This document shows positions 24,503 through 38,200 of a stretch of 64,000 bases of DNA, piece by piece (position 1 is the stretch's first letter; every line of letters begins with the position of its first letter). The position numbers were made by a program, and so were the translations under genes. Source of the stretch: Daphnia carinata (taxonomy: Eukaryota); assembly GCF_022539665.2 (NCBI RefSeq), contig NC_081331.1, positions 8,308,001-8,372,000 on the forward strand. Reading direction: 5' to 3'. The notes under the pieces were generated by a model, which ran no database searches, was not told the DNA's origin, and saw nothing but the letters and a program-made list of their open reading frames with translations.

Positions 24503-27500
24503 GATGTTGCGACGATCGCCCCCTTCGACAAATGCCCCCGTGGAGGAGGGGGGTGGACGATTGCCGCCCACGCTATAACAGTTGACCCCCGACTGTTGCT
24601 TCCTAACTTAAGAATAACAAATGCCTAAATCGCCTTTTATTTTTCACTGCAAATTAAGAGAATGTTTGTTTTACAGTTGTATTTAAGGAGAAACAGAGAA
24701 TCAGGGTGATGTTAAAGATAGAGGACGTTGCGGATTTCGGCGAGTTCGGCTGCTATGTCTATGGTTATTGGTTATTGGTGAATCGCCATCATCTGACAGG
24801 TGATGAGGCAGTCGTCTGACGCCACTTGAGTGGCGGCGTACGGCTGAAAAGGACGCTTCCTCTGTTGAACTGGCAGTGGCAACAGGTATCGGAGTAGGGT
24901 TTACACAAGACCCAGCCAAAAATCGTCGTCTTGGATAGACCGTGGGATTTTTCTCAACGGGAGAAGAGTTAGAGACATGCCTATCACCATCTTGCTGGAA
25001 AAATAATCCGGTATTATTTATTTTGTTAGGATAAAAACATATTGTTCTATATTTAAGTTAGGCTCCGTGAGATTCCTAATTAATTACAGAAATTCCCGTA
25101 GGCTTATTTCCCCTTCAATGAAGCGATGTCCATTTTTCTCAACCATTGCGTCCTTTTTCCGCTGACGCATTGGTTTTGGCCTAGTGGGACGCCTGTCTGC
25201 TAATTCGTCCTCATAGTCACGAAATTTCGCATTTTCGGCTTCTTTGAGAAAAGTGAATAATAAAGAGAAAATAAATAATAAAGTAAAGTATTATTAAAAT
25301 TGTAAGGTTAGGTAACTACTCTTTACTTACACAGGAAATCCCAAGCGATAGGATGCGAACCTCCCATGCATTTGTTTAACCATGAGTGCCATGATTCGAC
25401 CAAATTATTGGTGCGATGTTTCAACCCGAAAACGCTGAAGACTTTCGGAGAGACCACACCGATCCAGTACAAGAGGAAAAAGGCGTTCAGTTTTTTAATT
25501 CCTTCTTGGATTGCTGTAGTTTCCCGCCGAAGGTCATTTGTATAGTGCTTTGGAATATCCTACAAAAAGTTTCACTCTTTACTTGGTTTATGTATGAATA
25601 GAAATTACGGGAACTTACTTCGAATCCTGCCAAAATCCTATTTGCTAGTAAAAGAGCGAGAGCGATGATTTCCTTTACGTATTTCCCGATTGTTGGACGG
25701 TTAGAGTACGCATTTTGAAGGCCATGTTTCTGCACCCTTCTCCATACAGCCTAAAAATTCAAATTAGGTTAAACACATAAAAAGCAGCTAGTAAATCAAT
25801 ACCTGCGAATAGTGAAAGAAACAGCCGACAGCTTCGCTTCCATGAAAAGCTGCAGTCAGGGACTCCCGGTTTGCGTACATGACCAGAAACCAGCCTATGA
25901 AACGATCGGGATGTCATTGGTCAAAAACGTCAATAATCATTTCGATTACCGCGTCCTAAAGGGCTCGTGTTTTCATGATAATTAAAATATATTTGAAAAG
26001 ACAAACCTAACAAAATTTTTATCAAAAACCGTAAGGTTGTTTTGTGTAGTGGTTTACATTGATTACCAGGTTGAACTTGACGATGTGCAACGTAAACAAC
26101 TGTTTGAAGAGTTCCGGCACGGTACGAAACCTAGCATCCGCCTGAATTTCATTGGCCTCCCTACGCTGTGGTAATAGTTTCGGTGATAGGAAAACTAGCG
26201 CTTCTTCGCCTCCAGAGACTTTCGCGTGACCTCGATAAAACTGGCCTCCTTCAAATGCATCACTAAGAAATAATGAAAAAAGAAATAATGAATTAAAACG
26301 CAGCATCCGTTAAAAAAAATACAATATAAATGAATTACCAGTATTCAGGATATTGTTGTGTTAAGTCGGCAACTTCCTGAACCGTCTAAGGGATTGGTAG
26401 TTCCTGTCTGCGCTTGGCCCGCTGCATCCTACGTTGCATCGCATCGCAATATCCGATAGGAACGCCTTGATGCCTAAAATAACAAATCTTTAAATATTTT
26501 ACGAACCTTTAACATACAGTGGCTAGATACTTACTCACGATGAACGGCATCGAAAACCACTTTAGGACGTTTACGATCAAGTCCCACTGCGTCAACGCAT
26601 GCGTTGACTACGGCAAGTAATTCCTGTTCTTCTGCTTCTGGGTGATGATTGTGGTGGTTATCTCCCTGCCTGAAAAACAATTCTGATTCCATATCAGATT
26701 TAATCCGGGCTTTGCAACTATCGGTTGCTTTTTTATGGTTTTTGCAGTAGTAAATGATGGAATACGCTCTGCAAAAATAGATAGAAATAAAATATATTTA
26801 ACTTTTTAGTTGTTTGATTATTTCAAATAAAATTCGTCTTATGTCCTCATCTGCAAGTGGTAAACGAAGCCCTTTTTGGAATTGTATTGAGTTCCGTTAT
26901 ATTTCATCCCTTTAACTGGTTCGACAGTAGGATAATCGTCTTCTTCAAAAAGCATTTTGGTTTGACGCTCGAGAAAGAAATGAGAAGATGCGCTAGGCGT
27001 GTAAAAGAAGACTAAATTGCATTTCTATCTTTCTAGTTAGTATATATACTTTTTATACGTTACCTCTTTTCCCGCCAATCGGAAAAAATCAAACGAAAAT
27101 AAGGCGGAAACATGCCTCTGGAGAACGATCACATTCGTTTTGCTTGTCTGTTTCCTTTGCCGACATTTTTTCCTGTAAACTAGACCGTCCATGACCGTGG
27201 CCTTCCTACGTGTCGACTGTTCATCGGGCGATTGTAAAATTAATACAACTTCAAAGTAAAGGACTCCATTATTTCGAAAATTGTAGTTAACTAGGAAATG
27301 AAATTTGTAAGCGATTTCTAGGTTACAGGAAAAACCTGTGGAAACAAATAAATAAACAGATCTTTACCTGAAACTTCAATAGCAAAAATAATGCTATGCA
27401 AAAACCGGAAACTAGCATAGCATTTGCATCGAGCAGCTTATATGAAAGGGGGCTATTCTTCACTGAGGAGAGGGGGCATATATTATTCTTGAGTTAGGGA

Positions 27501-27593
27501 GCAACAGTCAGGGAGGGCAACTGTTATGGCTTGAGGGGTAATCGTCCACCCCCACACGGAGGCATTTGTAGAAGGGGGAAACGTCCACACGCC
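24503..27593 (-). mobile_element. Mutator-like element (MULE), 3.1 kb
   Basis: ~115-bp imperfect TIRs (24503-~24620 and ~27480-27593). 8-bp TSD ATAATAAT. Contains a transposase pseudogene. Confidence 0.88.
24701..26955 (-). pseudogene. Spliced FLYWCH-MULE transposase pseudogene
   Basis: MLFEEDDYP start. YCKNHKKATDSCKARI...HHNH (FLYWCH-like). QADARFRTVPELFKQLFTLH, CFFHYSQ|AVWRRVQKHGL and RTNNLVESWH motifs. Short GT-AG introns and in-frame stops. Confidence 0.88.
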
Positions 27594-29068
27594 ATAATAA
27601 TTAATAATAATTAATGCAGGTGACATTTTAAACTCACGTAATTATAATTTTACTTTTCTTTTACAATAACAATATCTAAGCTTATTACCCGATAAGCCCA
27701 AGCAAAAATGTCTGTACAATCATTAGAGTAAATTACAAATACCTTCATTCGGTAAAAACCAAAAAAAAGAGTCTAAACGTAGCTAGTATGGGATTCCACT
27801 TGCCGCATAGTATGGGGCTTCCTTGGTTCTACAACATTTTATTGTCGCGTCCAAACTTCGGAAGCAAATCGTCCAAATGTCCAGGCAGATGTCCTACTGT
27901 CGTGAAGAGCTCGTCCAAGTGTCGAGGGAGAAAAATTCAAGTGTAGGAAAATCTAAAATCTTTTTTTCAACTAGCCCAGAAAAACTTTGTACCGGGTGAT
28001 GAAAGCAAATAGTGTTCATAGTATGGTGTTCTAGAAAATGAGAGCGGACCCTAACTGGGCACACCAGATATGGCAACCACGAAACTGGAAAGGGTGTTAA
28101 TGAAATGAAATTTCAACAGAATGATGCTTAATGTAGAATCCCATTCCTCACTTAGGCATAAATTTCCCACAATTTAATTTAACTACTTGTGTGGTTATCG
28201 CAAAAATAAAAAAAGGTTCTTTTTTTTAACTTCAATTTTTTCATATTACTTGAAAACCAGTTAATTTAAAGCAATTGTTGAAATAACAAATAAAATTAGT
28301 TCTTCTCTTCTGATTACCCATTTTAACTATATTTCCAATGTATTAGTTTGAGAAGCATGAGGGATACAAAAAATGACATTCCATTGGGAGATATTGGACA
28401 TTGTTTTGAGCGAGTTATGTCGGACGCAAACGACATTTTGTGGCAGGGCCTAGATGTCAATTATCAATCAATATTTGATATTTATCAAGCCACTCCTATT
28501 CTCCCTTAGTTCCAGCTATTTTGTCACTTCACCTCCTGTTCAATCACTACCAGATTTCGATAACACAGAATTTAGTTGATTATTTTTTCATGGATACATA
28601 AATAGTTGTATGAATACATAACGTAATACAAGGCAAGGCATGTTTCTTCAATACCCCAAGTTTAATAGACCAGGTCTACCGGGGCACAACGACTATCCAT
28701 TTTATTAACCCCTTAATTTTTTCCCCTTCTATATTTTCAGTTTTTTTTAATTTTATTTATTTTTTCACGTTAGATTGAAAACACCTGTTGACCATAGACT
28801 TAAGTGCACTTTATAATCTTTTACATTTCCCTCTGCTAAACCTTCTTTACTATAGGAAACATAGACAAAAAGCGTTCTTTGTCCAATTCTGGTACGCTCT
28901 CCCCCATGGAGTGTTTGTATTGATAAGAATAATAAGGCTTAGAACGAGTCGTTAGGCGACATCGATTTGGATAAGATAGTCTATTAGATGATGGTTCGTC
29001 TCAATCTGAAGTGCTAATGAAAATTTTGCGATCAAAAAATGTTCGCGATCCCGATCTCGATAAAAAAT

Positions 29069-29449
29069 TGGAGATTCGAATTATTACCAGGAGGAGGCGC
29101 TGAACTAAAACACAATTCCAGAGAACTATGAGTCATGCGCTCACCCCTCCAAATACCAAGAATTTATTGTATAGCTAAGAAACGTTGTAATAAGGACGCG
29201 CTAGTATAAAAGCTGACCGTTTTTAAGATTATGTATGTCAGTCTTCTTCAAGTCATCCAGATCATCGGAACTAAAGTCTCATCTGTAGTTTTCTATGGTA
29301 AATAAAGGACCTTCTCCTGTATTTCTTTTTGTTCTTTTTATTTTGAACCGAGTTGATTTTTATCAACCCACGGTTCGCCAAAGCCTCAATAAATTGAAGA
29401 CGCTACCCGTTGCCGACATCACAGTGAAGCATTGCCACCCAGCTTCACA
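29069..29449 (+). repeat. Solo LTR, 381 bp, inserted in the hAT subterminal region
   Basis: TG...CA termini, 5-bp TSD AAAAT, TATAAAA at ~29204, TCAGTC at ~29238, AATAAA-like signals. Removing it restores the hAT motif AAAAATTGATCGC. Confidence 0.75.
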
Positions 29450-30499
29450 AAAATTGATCGCTCATCTGATCTTTCTCAAAAGATCCGATGGGCGATCCCA
29501 AAAAATTGATCGCGATCCAATCGTTTTTACAGATCAAACTTTTCGCCTTCTAGCTGAAGATTTTGCAGACGCGTGGTTCGCTTTCACTTCTATTTCTGTT
29601 GAGTGCCAATTGACGGAAGTATTCAGCATTAACCCTCATTGGCCGTCAGTAACTGTCACTGTCACAGCCAGTTGTCACTTGTCAGTGGATTTTTATAGTA
29701 CTTTTAACACCTAACTCCAAATGGAAAAGATTTTATGTAATGGTAAAGCATATGTGGTGATTTTCTAAATTATGTTGTGATGTCTAGACTGCAAAGATTT
29801 TAGAAATTATTTTCCTTTTATTAGCATTTTTGCATAGGATTCCTGTCACCTACGGTGCTGCCCTCGCGGGCAGGGCTGTAGGGGGCACGGGCCTACACAT
29901 TTAGTGACCCCCTTTTTTTTTCTTTCTTTTTTCCTTTTTGTGGGTGGGGAGGGTCAAGTACACCCCCAGACAAGTTGTCTAAAGTTTTCGTCTCGAAATT
30001 GGTCCGTTTCCCCTTTGTTGTGTGTCAGTCTTTCATTTTTCTTCCGCAAATCAAGCCACCTTTTTGTTTTTCTCCCTCATCAACCCAGAAATAAAGCGTT
30101 TCCTTTCTCTCGTCATCTTTCCTTCATTCATCCACAACCATCATCATTCTCATTTTCTCTCTCTGTTGCACTTTATGCACGAGAGTCTGCAACAAATGGT
30201 GCCGAAACCCGGGATTTGACGAACACGTGCATTTCCCGTCCTCGTCTGTAAAACCTTCGCTTGATTTTTGAAATTGTCGGGTATTTTCCCCTGTAAAAAC
30301 TTTGGCAGACGTCTACGCCAGCTTGAAGGCACCCCCCTGTCTACCACGCGTTTGCCATCTGACTTGAAGATCGGTGTATCTACGTGAATCATCGACATCC
30401 CTTAACGTATGACTCTATCAGCCTATAATAACGTTTCTACGTCATGAGTGAAGCCGTACCCAAAGCCAAAAATAAGGACATTGTCGGCCATAACCCAAT

Positions 30500-33400
30500 G
30501 GTAGACGCATCGAAACCTGAACGCCAGAAGTGAAAGGCCACTACTTCCCGAAAACGATCTCAAGAAGAAACGTGGGAACAGAAAGGCGACCCACACGAAG
30601 TTAGCGACACAACTCAGAAAGGCAGTGGAAGACCACAAGATGGGAGCCATCAGATTGAAGAAGTTTCAAGTAACAGCATGGCGTGACGAATTGATTCGTA
30701 TATACGACGAAGTCAAAGAAATCGACAACAAGTATACAGAAAGTATATCCGGCATAACTGATCAGCAACGTCAAGCATGTGACAAGTGGGAAGTAGACTT
30801 CGAAACGGATCACGTCGAAATTATCAAATTTGCAAGCCGCTACGCCACTTCCTCGAATCAATCCGTCAGCTCGATCGGGACATCAGTTTCGGACATCACC
30901 TGCAGTACCACGTTATCCGAAAAGAGGCATACCAACGTTAAACCCCCCCCCCAGCCTTACCCAACAATCAAGCCATGGGGAGTTGGAGACTGAAGCTCAG
31001 ATGTTAAAGCTGGAGTGGAAGTTGGAAACGGCAAGGGCTCAGATGGAGGCAAATACAACTTCCATCACAGAAACCCTCAATAAGGCGTTAAGGAGCATGA
31101 GTGAACAGTTAAGTAAACCCATTGAAAGCTCAAGAGTCACGTCCAAAGACATAGCGACCAACAACACGCTAGTCCGGGAAGCACAGCAAACGTTGGACGG
31201 GTTAGATCAGAAAATTGACACAGTTAAACGCCAAATTCGAGGACCTACGCACGGAAGTAGACGTGATGAAAGTTCAACCACGAACGATACAAGATCAACG
31301 ACCTCCCGAGCGATCACAAGTCTTACCAACTCGTCAAGACGTTTCCACCCTGTCACCCCTCCGAACGATGGAAGATGCAGTCCGACATCGTAGAAGACTG
31401 GTCACCGCCGATGCTTCTCTACGAGACCCGCGGCGAGGGGCGATGGCCACGATGACGTCCAGTTGCGACCCTACGGATCACGATGAAGATGAGCGCTCTG
31501 AACGTTCACATACCCACAGTCAAGCCAATCGTCCTCACAGCAGTTGTTGCAGCCGTGTACAACCTCCAACTAAGATCCAGCCGTTCCACGGTAACCCGAA
31601 GAATTACGCTCGATTCAAGGCCAAATTCCAGGCCTTGTATGAAGAGTATGAAGATTCTCCGGTACTTCTTTTTATGTTGGAGGAGCTGCTAGCCGAAGAG
31701 GTACGAAATAAAATCAGTGAATGTCTGACCGATGGAACAATGTACTCTGTGGTGTGGGAACGTTTGGACGCGGTCTACGGTCGAACTGAGATTATGGATC
31801 GACGACCATCTACAGATCTCGCCACTGAAGAGCCTAGATGCTGCCAGCCTCAAGACTTTCGCAAACCGTCTTCACGGAGCAGTAGCCACGCTCTCAAAAT
31901 CGAAGTACACCCATGAGCTCTACAGCCGTACCACCTTGATGGCCCTTAAAGAAAATTGACACTTTACCTCAAGGATAAGTGGGACGAAAAACGGAAAAAG
32001 GCAGGCGTGGAACTGAATGTTCTAGACTTAGACGACTGGGTAACGTTGAAATCTATGAGCAAACAACATGGAAAAAATGTGTTCGAGTCTTTACCCACGT
32101 CGACATCCAAAGGTATAAAATTCGACGAAAGGAAGACAAGAGATCTAGCATCCCATACACGTCGACCATTGGACACCTAGCGACGATGGAAGGTTCGAAA
32201 GTATCGGCGTCATCATCTTCAGCAACTATGCCTCCAAGGAGCCGATCAACATCGGTGCCTTGTATGTAACGGCAGGGCCCACAATCTCTCAACCTGTACC
32301 GCTTTCATGTCTCTCACGCCCACGAAGAGGGCTGAGAAGGTATTCAATCCGGAAGATGTTTGTTATGTCTTACGGGAAAACACGAACGCAAGGAATGTCC
32401 CAGGGATATCAGCTGTACTATTGCTGGCTGTACTGGAACCCGACACCACACCTTGCTTCATGGATCCGAATTCATCCCATTGAGGAGGCTGGCGGATCAA
32501 TCTGCCCCATCACCGTCACCATCGACAGCATTCCTTGGGACTTTGACCCATCTGGAAACAGAAAAACGACGTGTACATTTCAAAATTGTACCGGTTCCGG
32601 TGTGGGAGCTGGAGAGACATGGGTCGACACTTTCGGTTTTCTGGATACCGGAAGCGACACCACGCTGATTAGGAGCGACGTAGTAAAGAAGTTGGATTTC
32701 TTTGGGCCGTCTAAACGCATCAACGTTGTATCGTATGACAGAGCCACGTCTAAAGTTGCGACTTACGTAGTAAACTTCGCCCTAACATCTCGTGATGGTA
32801 AAAGCCAGTTTGAAGAGACGCACGCTTACGCCGTAGACAATTTGAAGGTGACGCTAAATACGGCGATCGACCCTCGACAGTTGGAGTCATGGACACACCT
32901 ACGTGGTATTGAAGTCCCGACCGTTCAACAGGAGGACGTGACAGTGCTGATAGGAATCGACGTCGCAGAGGCCCACGATCATGTAGCTTCCATCAAGCCG
33001 CCGACTGGAACTGGGCCCATCGCCTTCAAGACGTCGTTTGGCTGGTGTTTGGGTGGACAAACGGGCCCACCACAAGACGGACGCACGTTCATCGCTCATC
33101 TGGCCGCCGAGGAACGCCCCGAAGACCTAAACGAGCTGGTGAAGAAGTTCTGGCAACTTGAGGCCAACGAATTAGAAATAGAACTGCCCGTTCTATCTGA
33201 GGAAGATCTAAGTGGAAAACGTATCCTTGAATCATCCGTAAAATGTATTGGTAACCGGTATCAAGTCGGCTTAATGTGGAAAGCCGACGACGTATCTCCC
33301 GAACAATCGGGCGTCTGCATTGAAGAGGCTCTACGCCCTCCAACGACGTTTTCATCGAGGCGCGGAGTTTGCCCAAACGTACGATGCAGTGGTCAAGGAG

Positions 33401-36400
33401 TACATCGGTTTGAAACATGCCCGACTCCTCGCGACTCAAGAAGCCCGGACGGAGACGAACAAGACATGGTATCTACCACACCACGGGGTTGTGAGCGCAT
33501 CCAGCTCATCAACCAAGGTTCGTGTTGTATTCGATGGAGCTGCTGAGTTCGGTGGCACATCGATAAGCCAAAACCTGCTTCGGGGACCTAACCTACTCGT
33601 TAGCTTGCTCAGTGTGTTCATCCGCTTCCGCCGCAACCTCGTACCAGTCGGTGCAGACATCGAGAAAATGTTTCACCAGGTGAAATTCCGAAGAAGACCA
33701 TGCAGCGTTCCGATTTTTCTACCGGACGCCCAGCTATACTTCAGCCCCGTAAACGTACCAGATTCACCTTTTTGGAGCGATATCATCTCCGACGAGCTGC
33801 ATTTTCACCCTCAACAGGACGACCGATGACCACCGCAACCAGTTTCGAGACGTAGCTGATAGTGTTTGACGGAATTTCTACGTCGACATTTACCTCGACT
33901 CCTTCGACTCTGAAGACGAGGCCATCAAACGGTTCCGCCAAATGAAATCCCTTCTTCAGCTAGGCGGGTTCAACTTGATCAAATTGACGTCATCATCGAG
34001 AATGGTGATAGCACCGTTACGAATATTCGGCCTCACTTCACCAACCCTTTATCTGGACATGGAGAAACTCCCCGTCGAAAGAACGCTTGGAGTAATGTGC
34101 GACAGTGAGAGAGATATGCTGACGTTCAAGATTCGGAAGCCATCGAACAACGAGACCCTCACTAAGCGAGACTTCCTAAGCATCCTCTCTAGTGTCTACG
34201 ACCCGCTGGGACTTGTCGCACCTGTTGTCTTCATAATGAAGTCTTTTCTCCAAGACATTTGGACAAAGGAAGAACGGATTGGTTAGGACGATGTTTTACC
34301 CGAAACCGTTGAGTCAACGTTCTTATTGCTGGTATGATCCTCTTGAAAATTTGAAGTTTCTTTCGGTTCCGAGATGCTTCCGTTTCAAACGAGGACGTTG
34401 GACTCAACAGCACCTCCACGTCTTCACGGATGCAAGCTCCGAAGGGTACGGAGCAGTAGCCTATTTCCGCACTGTATTCGAAGATCAGTCTATCAACGTG
34501 TCTTTCGTTATGTCAAAAATACACGTTACGCCGGTGAAAGGGATCACTATCCCACGTTTAGAGCTACAAGCTGCAGTAGAAGGTCTTAACTTCGCCCTCA
34601 CGATTTGTCGTGAACTGGATATCGACCAGTGACTTGTGACTTTAGACAGGGACTCACAATCGGTGCTGCGGTGGATCCATTCCAACACCTGCCCATTTGA
34701 AGTCTTCGTCAACAACCGCATCGGAAAAATACTTCGGAACTCGGGTCGTCGAGAATGGCGCCATGTTGCGGGAGAATCAAACCCAGCGGACAACTGCAGT
34801 AGGGGTATTGACCCAAAGGATGTCAACGAGTTGGTCAACTTTCACAGAGAACCTCCGTTCCTGAACCTAGACCCTTCAGAATGGTACATTTGGGACGAAA
34901 TTACGGAGCCAGAAGAACGGCATGTAAACGTGGTTCGTGTCTTGGCAGTCAAAACGGAAGATGAAAACCACTTCATCGATCGATGTGTCGTACGTTTTTC
35001 CAGCCTGCTGAAAATGCAACGAGTGATGTCCTGGAGTCTAAGATTTGCCAACAATGTTAGAGCAAAACTACGTGAAGAAAAACCCGTGGTTGGAGACTTA
35101 ACGGTAGAAGAAATGGTAACGTCGTTGACAATATGCATCATACGCGCGCAGGAATTGGCCTTTGCTGAAGAATTCTACGCCCTTCGCAAGAATCTGGAAT
35201 TGCCACTCAGATCAAAGCTTCGCACCTTCAAGCCTTTCTTGGATGACGTTGGACAGTTGCGAATAGGCGGACGTATACTTCATGCGCCAATAGACTACGC
35301 AGCTAAGCACCGCATACTCCTACCAGCGACTCAATCTTTAACAAGAAGGATAATCTGGGATTATCACGTTAGACACATGCACGTCAAGACAGAGAGATTG
35401 CTGACTGACCTCTGTTCCCGCTATTGGATACTTTCTGGACGCAAGGTGGTAAAATCCGTAATCAACAATTGCTGGCATTGTAAGTGCACGTCGTCGAAGC
35501 CTAGCCCTCCGCTGATGTCTTCACTACCAATCCATCGTTTAACACCCCATCTGCCCGCGTTCACGTACACAGGGATCGATTACTTTGGACCCTTGGCTGT
35601 ACGATTTGGTAGAAGAGGTAGACGGCATGAGAAACGCTGGGTTAGTCTATTCACGTGCTTGACGACACGGGCAGTTCACCTGGAAGTAGCCAACGGGCTC
35701 AGTATGGAGGAGTTTCTACTCTGTTTCTCTCGTTTTGGAGCCTACGCGGAAAACCGAAGGTTGTGAACAGTGACAATGGAACAAACTTTGTTGCCGCAGA
35801 GCAGGAGTTGTGACAAGCCTTGGAAGAACTCGCCCGTAACCACGAAGAACTTCAGACTGTAATGGCTTGTCAACAAATAGAGTTGCACTTCTCTCCACCC
35901 CATGGGCCCCACTTCGGTGGTGTGTGGGAAAGGATCGTACAATCCTGCAAGCGGGCAATGAAAACCAGCATAGGTAATTGCCTAGTCATGGACGAAGTGT
36001 TACGTATTATCGTTGTTGAAGTGGCAGCTCTGTTAACGCCCGGCCGTTAACGCACTTGAGCATGGATCCGGAAGATCCGGACCCTTTAACGCTTACCATT
36101 TCTTATACGGTGGGGATCGGCCGTACTTGCCCTTCCAGCTGGCCGACGTGGAAAACATGAACGTCACTACCAAGCAGCTTCTGCAAAACCAAGCCATCCT
36201 CCAGCACTTTTGGAATAGATGGCTACGTGAATACGTTCCACACTTAGCAGAAAGAAGAAAATGGCAAGAAAGTAGGCCTAACATCACCGTTTGGGTATCT
36301 GGTGCTTGTAATCGAACCGAATACCTTGCGTGGCCGATGTGGCCGATGGGTAAAGTGCTTGAAGTTATTCCCAGTACTACGGATAATGTTGTTCGAGTAG

Positions 36401-36528
36401 TAAAAGTGAAGCTCAGCAACCATCCAAGACCATGTATTCGACTGGTGGCCAAATTATGTATCATGGTTGCGGCAAAAGAACAAGATGTTTACGCAAAAGA
36501 AGAAAAAACGGAATCTTCAACAGCGTAA
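30500..36528 (+). pseudogene. gag-pol of BEL/Pao element 1 (many frameshifts and stops)
   Basis: Gag PFHGNPKNY, Cys/His cluster ~32260-32460, protease FLDTGSD, RT YLPHHGV/RVVFD/FYVDIY, RNase H HVFTDAS/IPRLEL, integrase GIDYFGP/SDNGTNF/GGVWER. The start coordinate is approximate. Confidence 0.93.
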
Positions 36529-36891
36529 ACGGTCGACTTTAATACTGTAAAAATGTAAATACGGCTTGTAATGGAGCTACAGTCAAAGTCTCCCCTCGCA
36601 AACTCAAAATTGTAAATGTAACAAACAAAATCATGTAATGGCAACACACAAATGTAAACAACATAGGAAAATCGCAACTCAAACCCTAGTGGAGGATTCA
36701 CTAAGTTCAACGCTACCTATATTCAAGTTCAAATATGGAGGCAAAGGGCAGAAGTCAAGTCGCCTGCTGTTTCGTAGTACCAAAGAACTGAAAACTGCTT
36801 AGCCTACCCTGCTAGCAGATGGCATTCAGTCGACCTAACTTCATCTAGTGAAACGTGCTCCCTGTGAACTCCTAAAGCCAACGTAATTGCC

Positions 36892-37562
36892 ATGACCAAG
36901 TATCCACCTCCATCAGTCGCATCCGTGAAGGAAAAACTTGAAGTGAGTAGGGAACAGGAGCAAGAATGTGTGGCCAACCTCAAAGAAACAATGGAAGACA
37001 TTTTAAACGCTAAAAAGGAACTCGTTGACAAGGTTTCCTTGTGTCAAAATGCAATCCTTCGTCTCGACAAGGAATACAACCAGATGCAACAAGACCTTGT
37101 AAACATGTACGTGCACGTCAAGACCGAGCGAGAGACCCTGATAAGTGGGGTACATCGGGTCTCTCCTCTACAAGGATCGAGAAAAGGCGGCTGAGGCTCC
37201 GGTACCCACGCCGGTCGCCACACCAGAGTCCCACGTTCATCATTCCGCTGCACACCCCAAACATCATATGTTTCCTAAAGTCCCACGTCTCGAGAGCAAC
37301 GCCGTGCAAAAAGAAGGTTTTGGAATGTGAGGAGTTTATGCTCCTCACCAACCAAGATCGATTGTAGCTTCTCTTTGCTCAGCGGAGGTGCTTCGGGTGT
37401 TTTATCCCGACCGCCGTCACCGGACACACCAGGATTTCTGGTTGCCCTCACCCCAGACGTTGTACGCTTTGCAACACGCAGGACCATCACCAGGTTCCAT
37501 GTGGCGTACAAGGATCTTCCAAGCCATTGAAGTTCGTCGATGTTCATCGCTTCCACGTTTGA
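36892..37562 (+). pseudogene. Additional ORF between integrase and the 3' LTR: coiled coil plus BEL-Gag-type Cys/His zinc-knuckle array
   Basis: gccATG at 36892 opens an ~85-aa heptad-rich segment. After about two frameshifts and one TAG (37365-37367) it reads VLECEEFMLLTNQDRL*LLFAQRRCFGCF...GHTRISGCPHPRRCTLCNTQDHHQVPC. TGA at 37560-37562. Confidence 0.7.
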
Positions 37563-38200
37563 AGTTTACTTTTGTTACCATTGCACCTGTTGTAACGGTG
37601 GGTCCCGCTGTCACCCGCGGTGCTGCCCTCGCGGGCAGGGCAGTAGGGGGCAGGGGCCTAAAAATTTAGTGGCCCCCTTTTTTTTGGTGGTTTCTTTTTC
37701 CCTTTTTGTGGGTGGGGAGGGTCAGTATTAGTCAAGTACACCCCAGACAAGTTGTCTAAAGTTTTCATCTCGAAATTGGTCCGTTGCCCCTTTGTTGTGT
37801 GTCAGTCTGTCTTTTTTCTCCGCAAATCAAGCCACCTTTTTGTTTTCTCCCTCGTCAACCCAGAAATAAAGCGTTTCTTTTCTCACGTCATCTTTTCTTC
37901 ATTCATCCACAACCATCATCATTCTCATTTTCTCTCTCTGTTACACTCCATGCACGACAGTCTGCAACAATTCCAAACCTATGGTTTTACTGTCCTATAT
38001 CTTCAATTGAATGTTATTAATAGGCCGTGAAAAGGGACTAAAACAGCTTATAATATATATCATATGAGGTATTACTCATAACTAATGATTTTTTAAGATA
38101 AACTTACTGTAACTATCTTGGTTACTGTAGGTTTTGCTCTTATCAATACTGTGTTACTTAGCGATTGTTCCTTTTGTCGAACAAATGACATAACAGTATG

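Larger units (their letters stand above)
24291..27928. mobile_element. Old non-autonomous TIR element (~550 bp of its own sequence) that hosts the MULE insertion
   Basis: ~85-bp imperfect inverted repeats at ~24291-24378 and ~27840-27928 (CACGTGGAC..GTAGGGCGTCTGCCT..GACGTTTGGAC..CCGACGTTTGG versus its reverse complement). No clear TSD. Confidence 0.5.
29844..37969 (+). mobile_element. BEL/Pao LTR retrotransposon 1, full length (8.1 kb) but disrupted
   Basis: LTRs 29844-30194 and 37609-37969 (TGTCACC...TGCAACA), visibly diverged. TSD ATTCC. PBS TGGTGCCGAAACCCGGGA (30197-30214) is complementary to the tRNA-Phe 3' end. Confidence 0.95.

Noticed and set aside
30197..30214. tRNA-like sequences (also 23475-23491 and 38522-38538)
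   Set aside because: These are 17-18 nt primer-binding sites next to LTRs, not tRNA genes.
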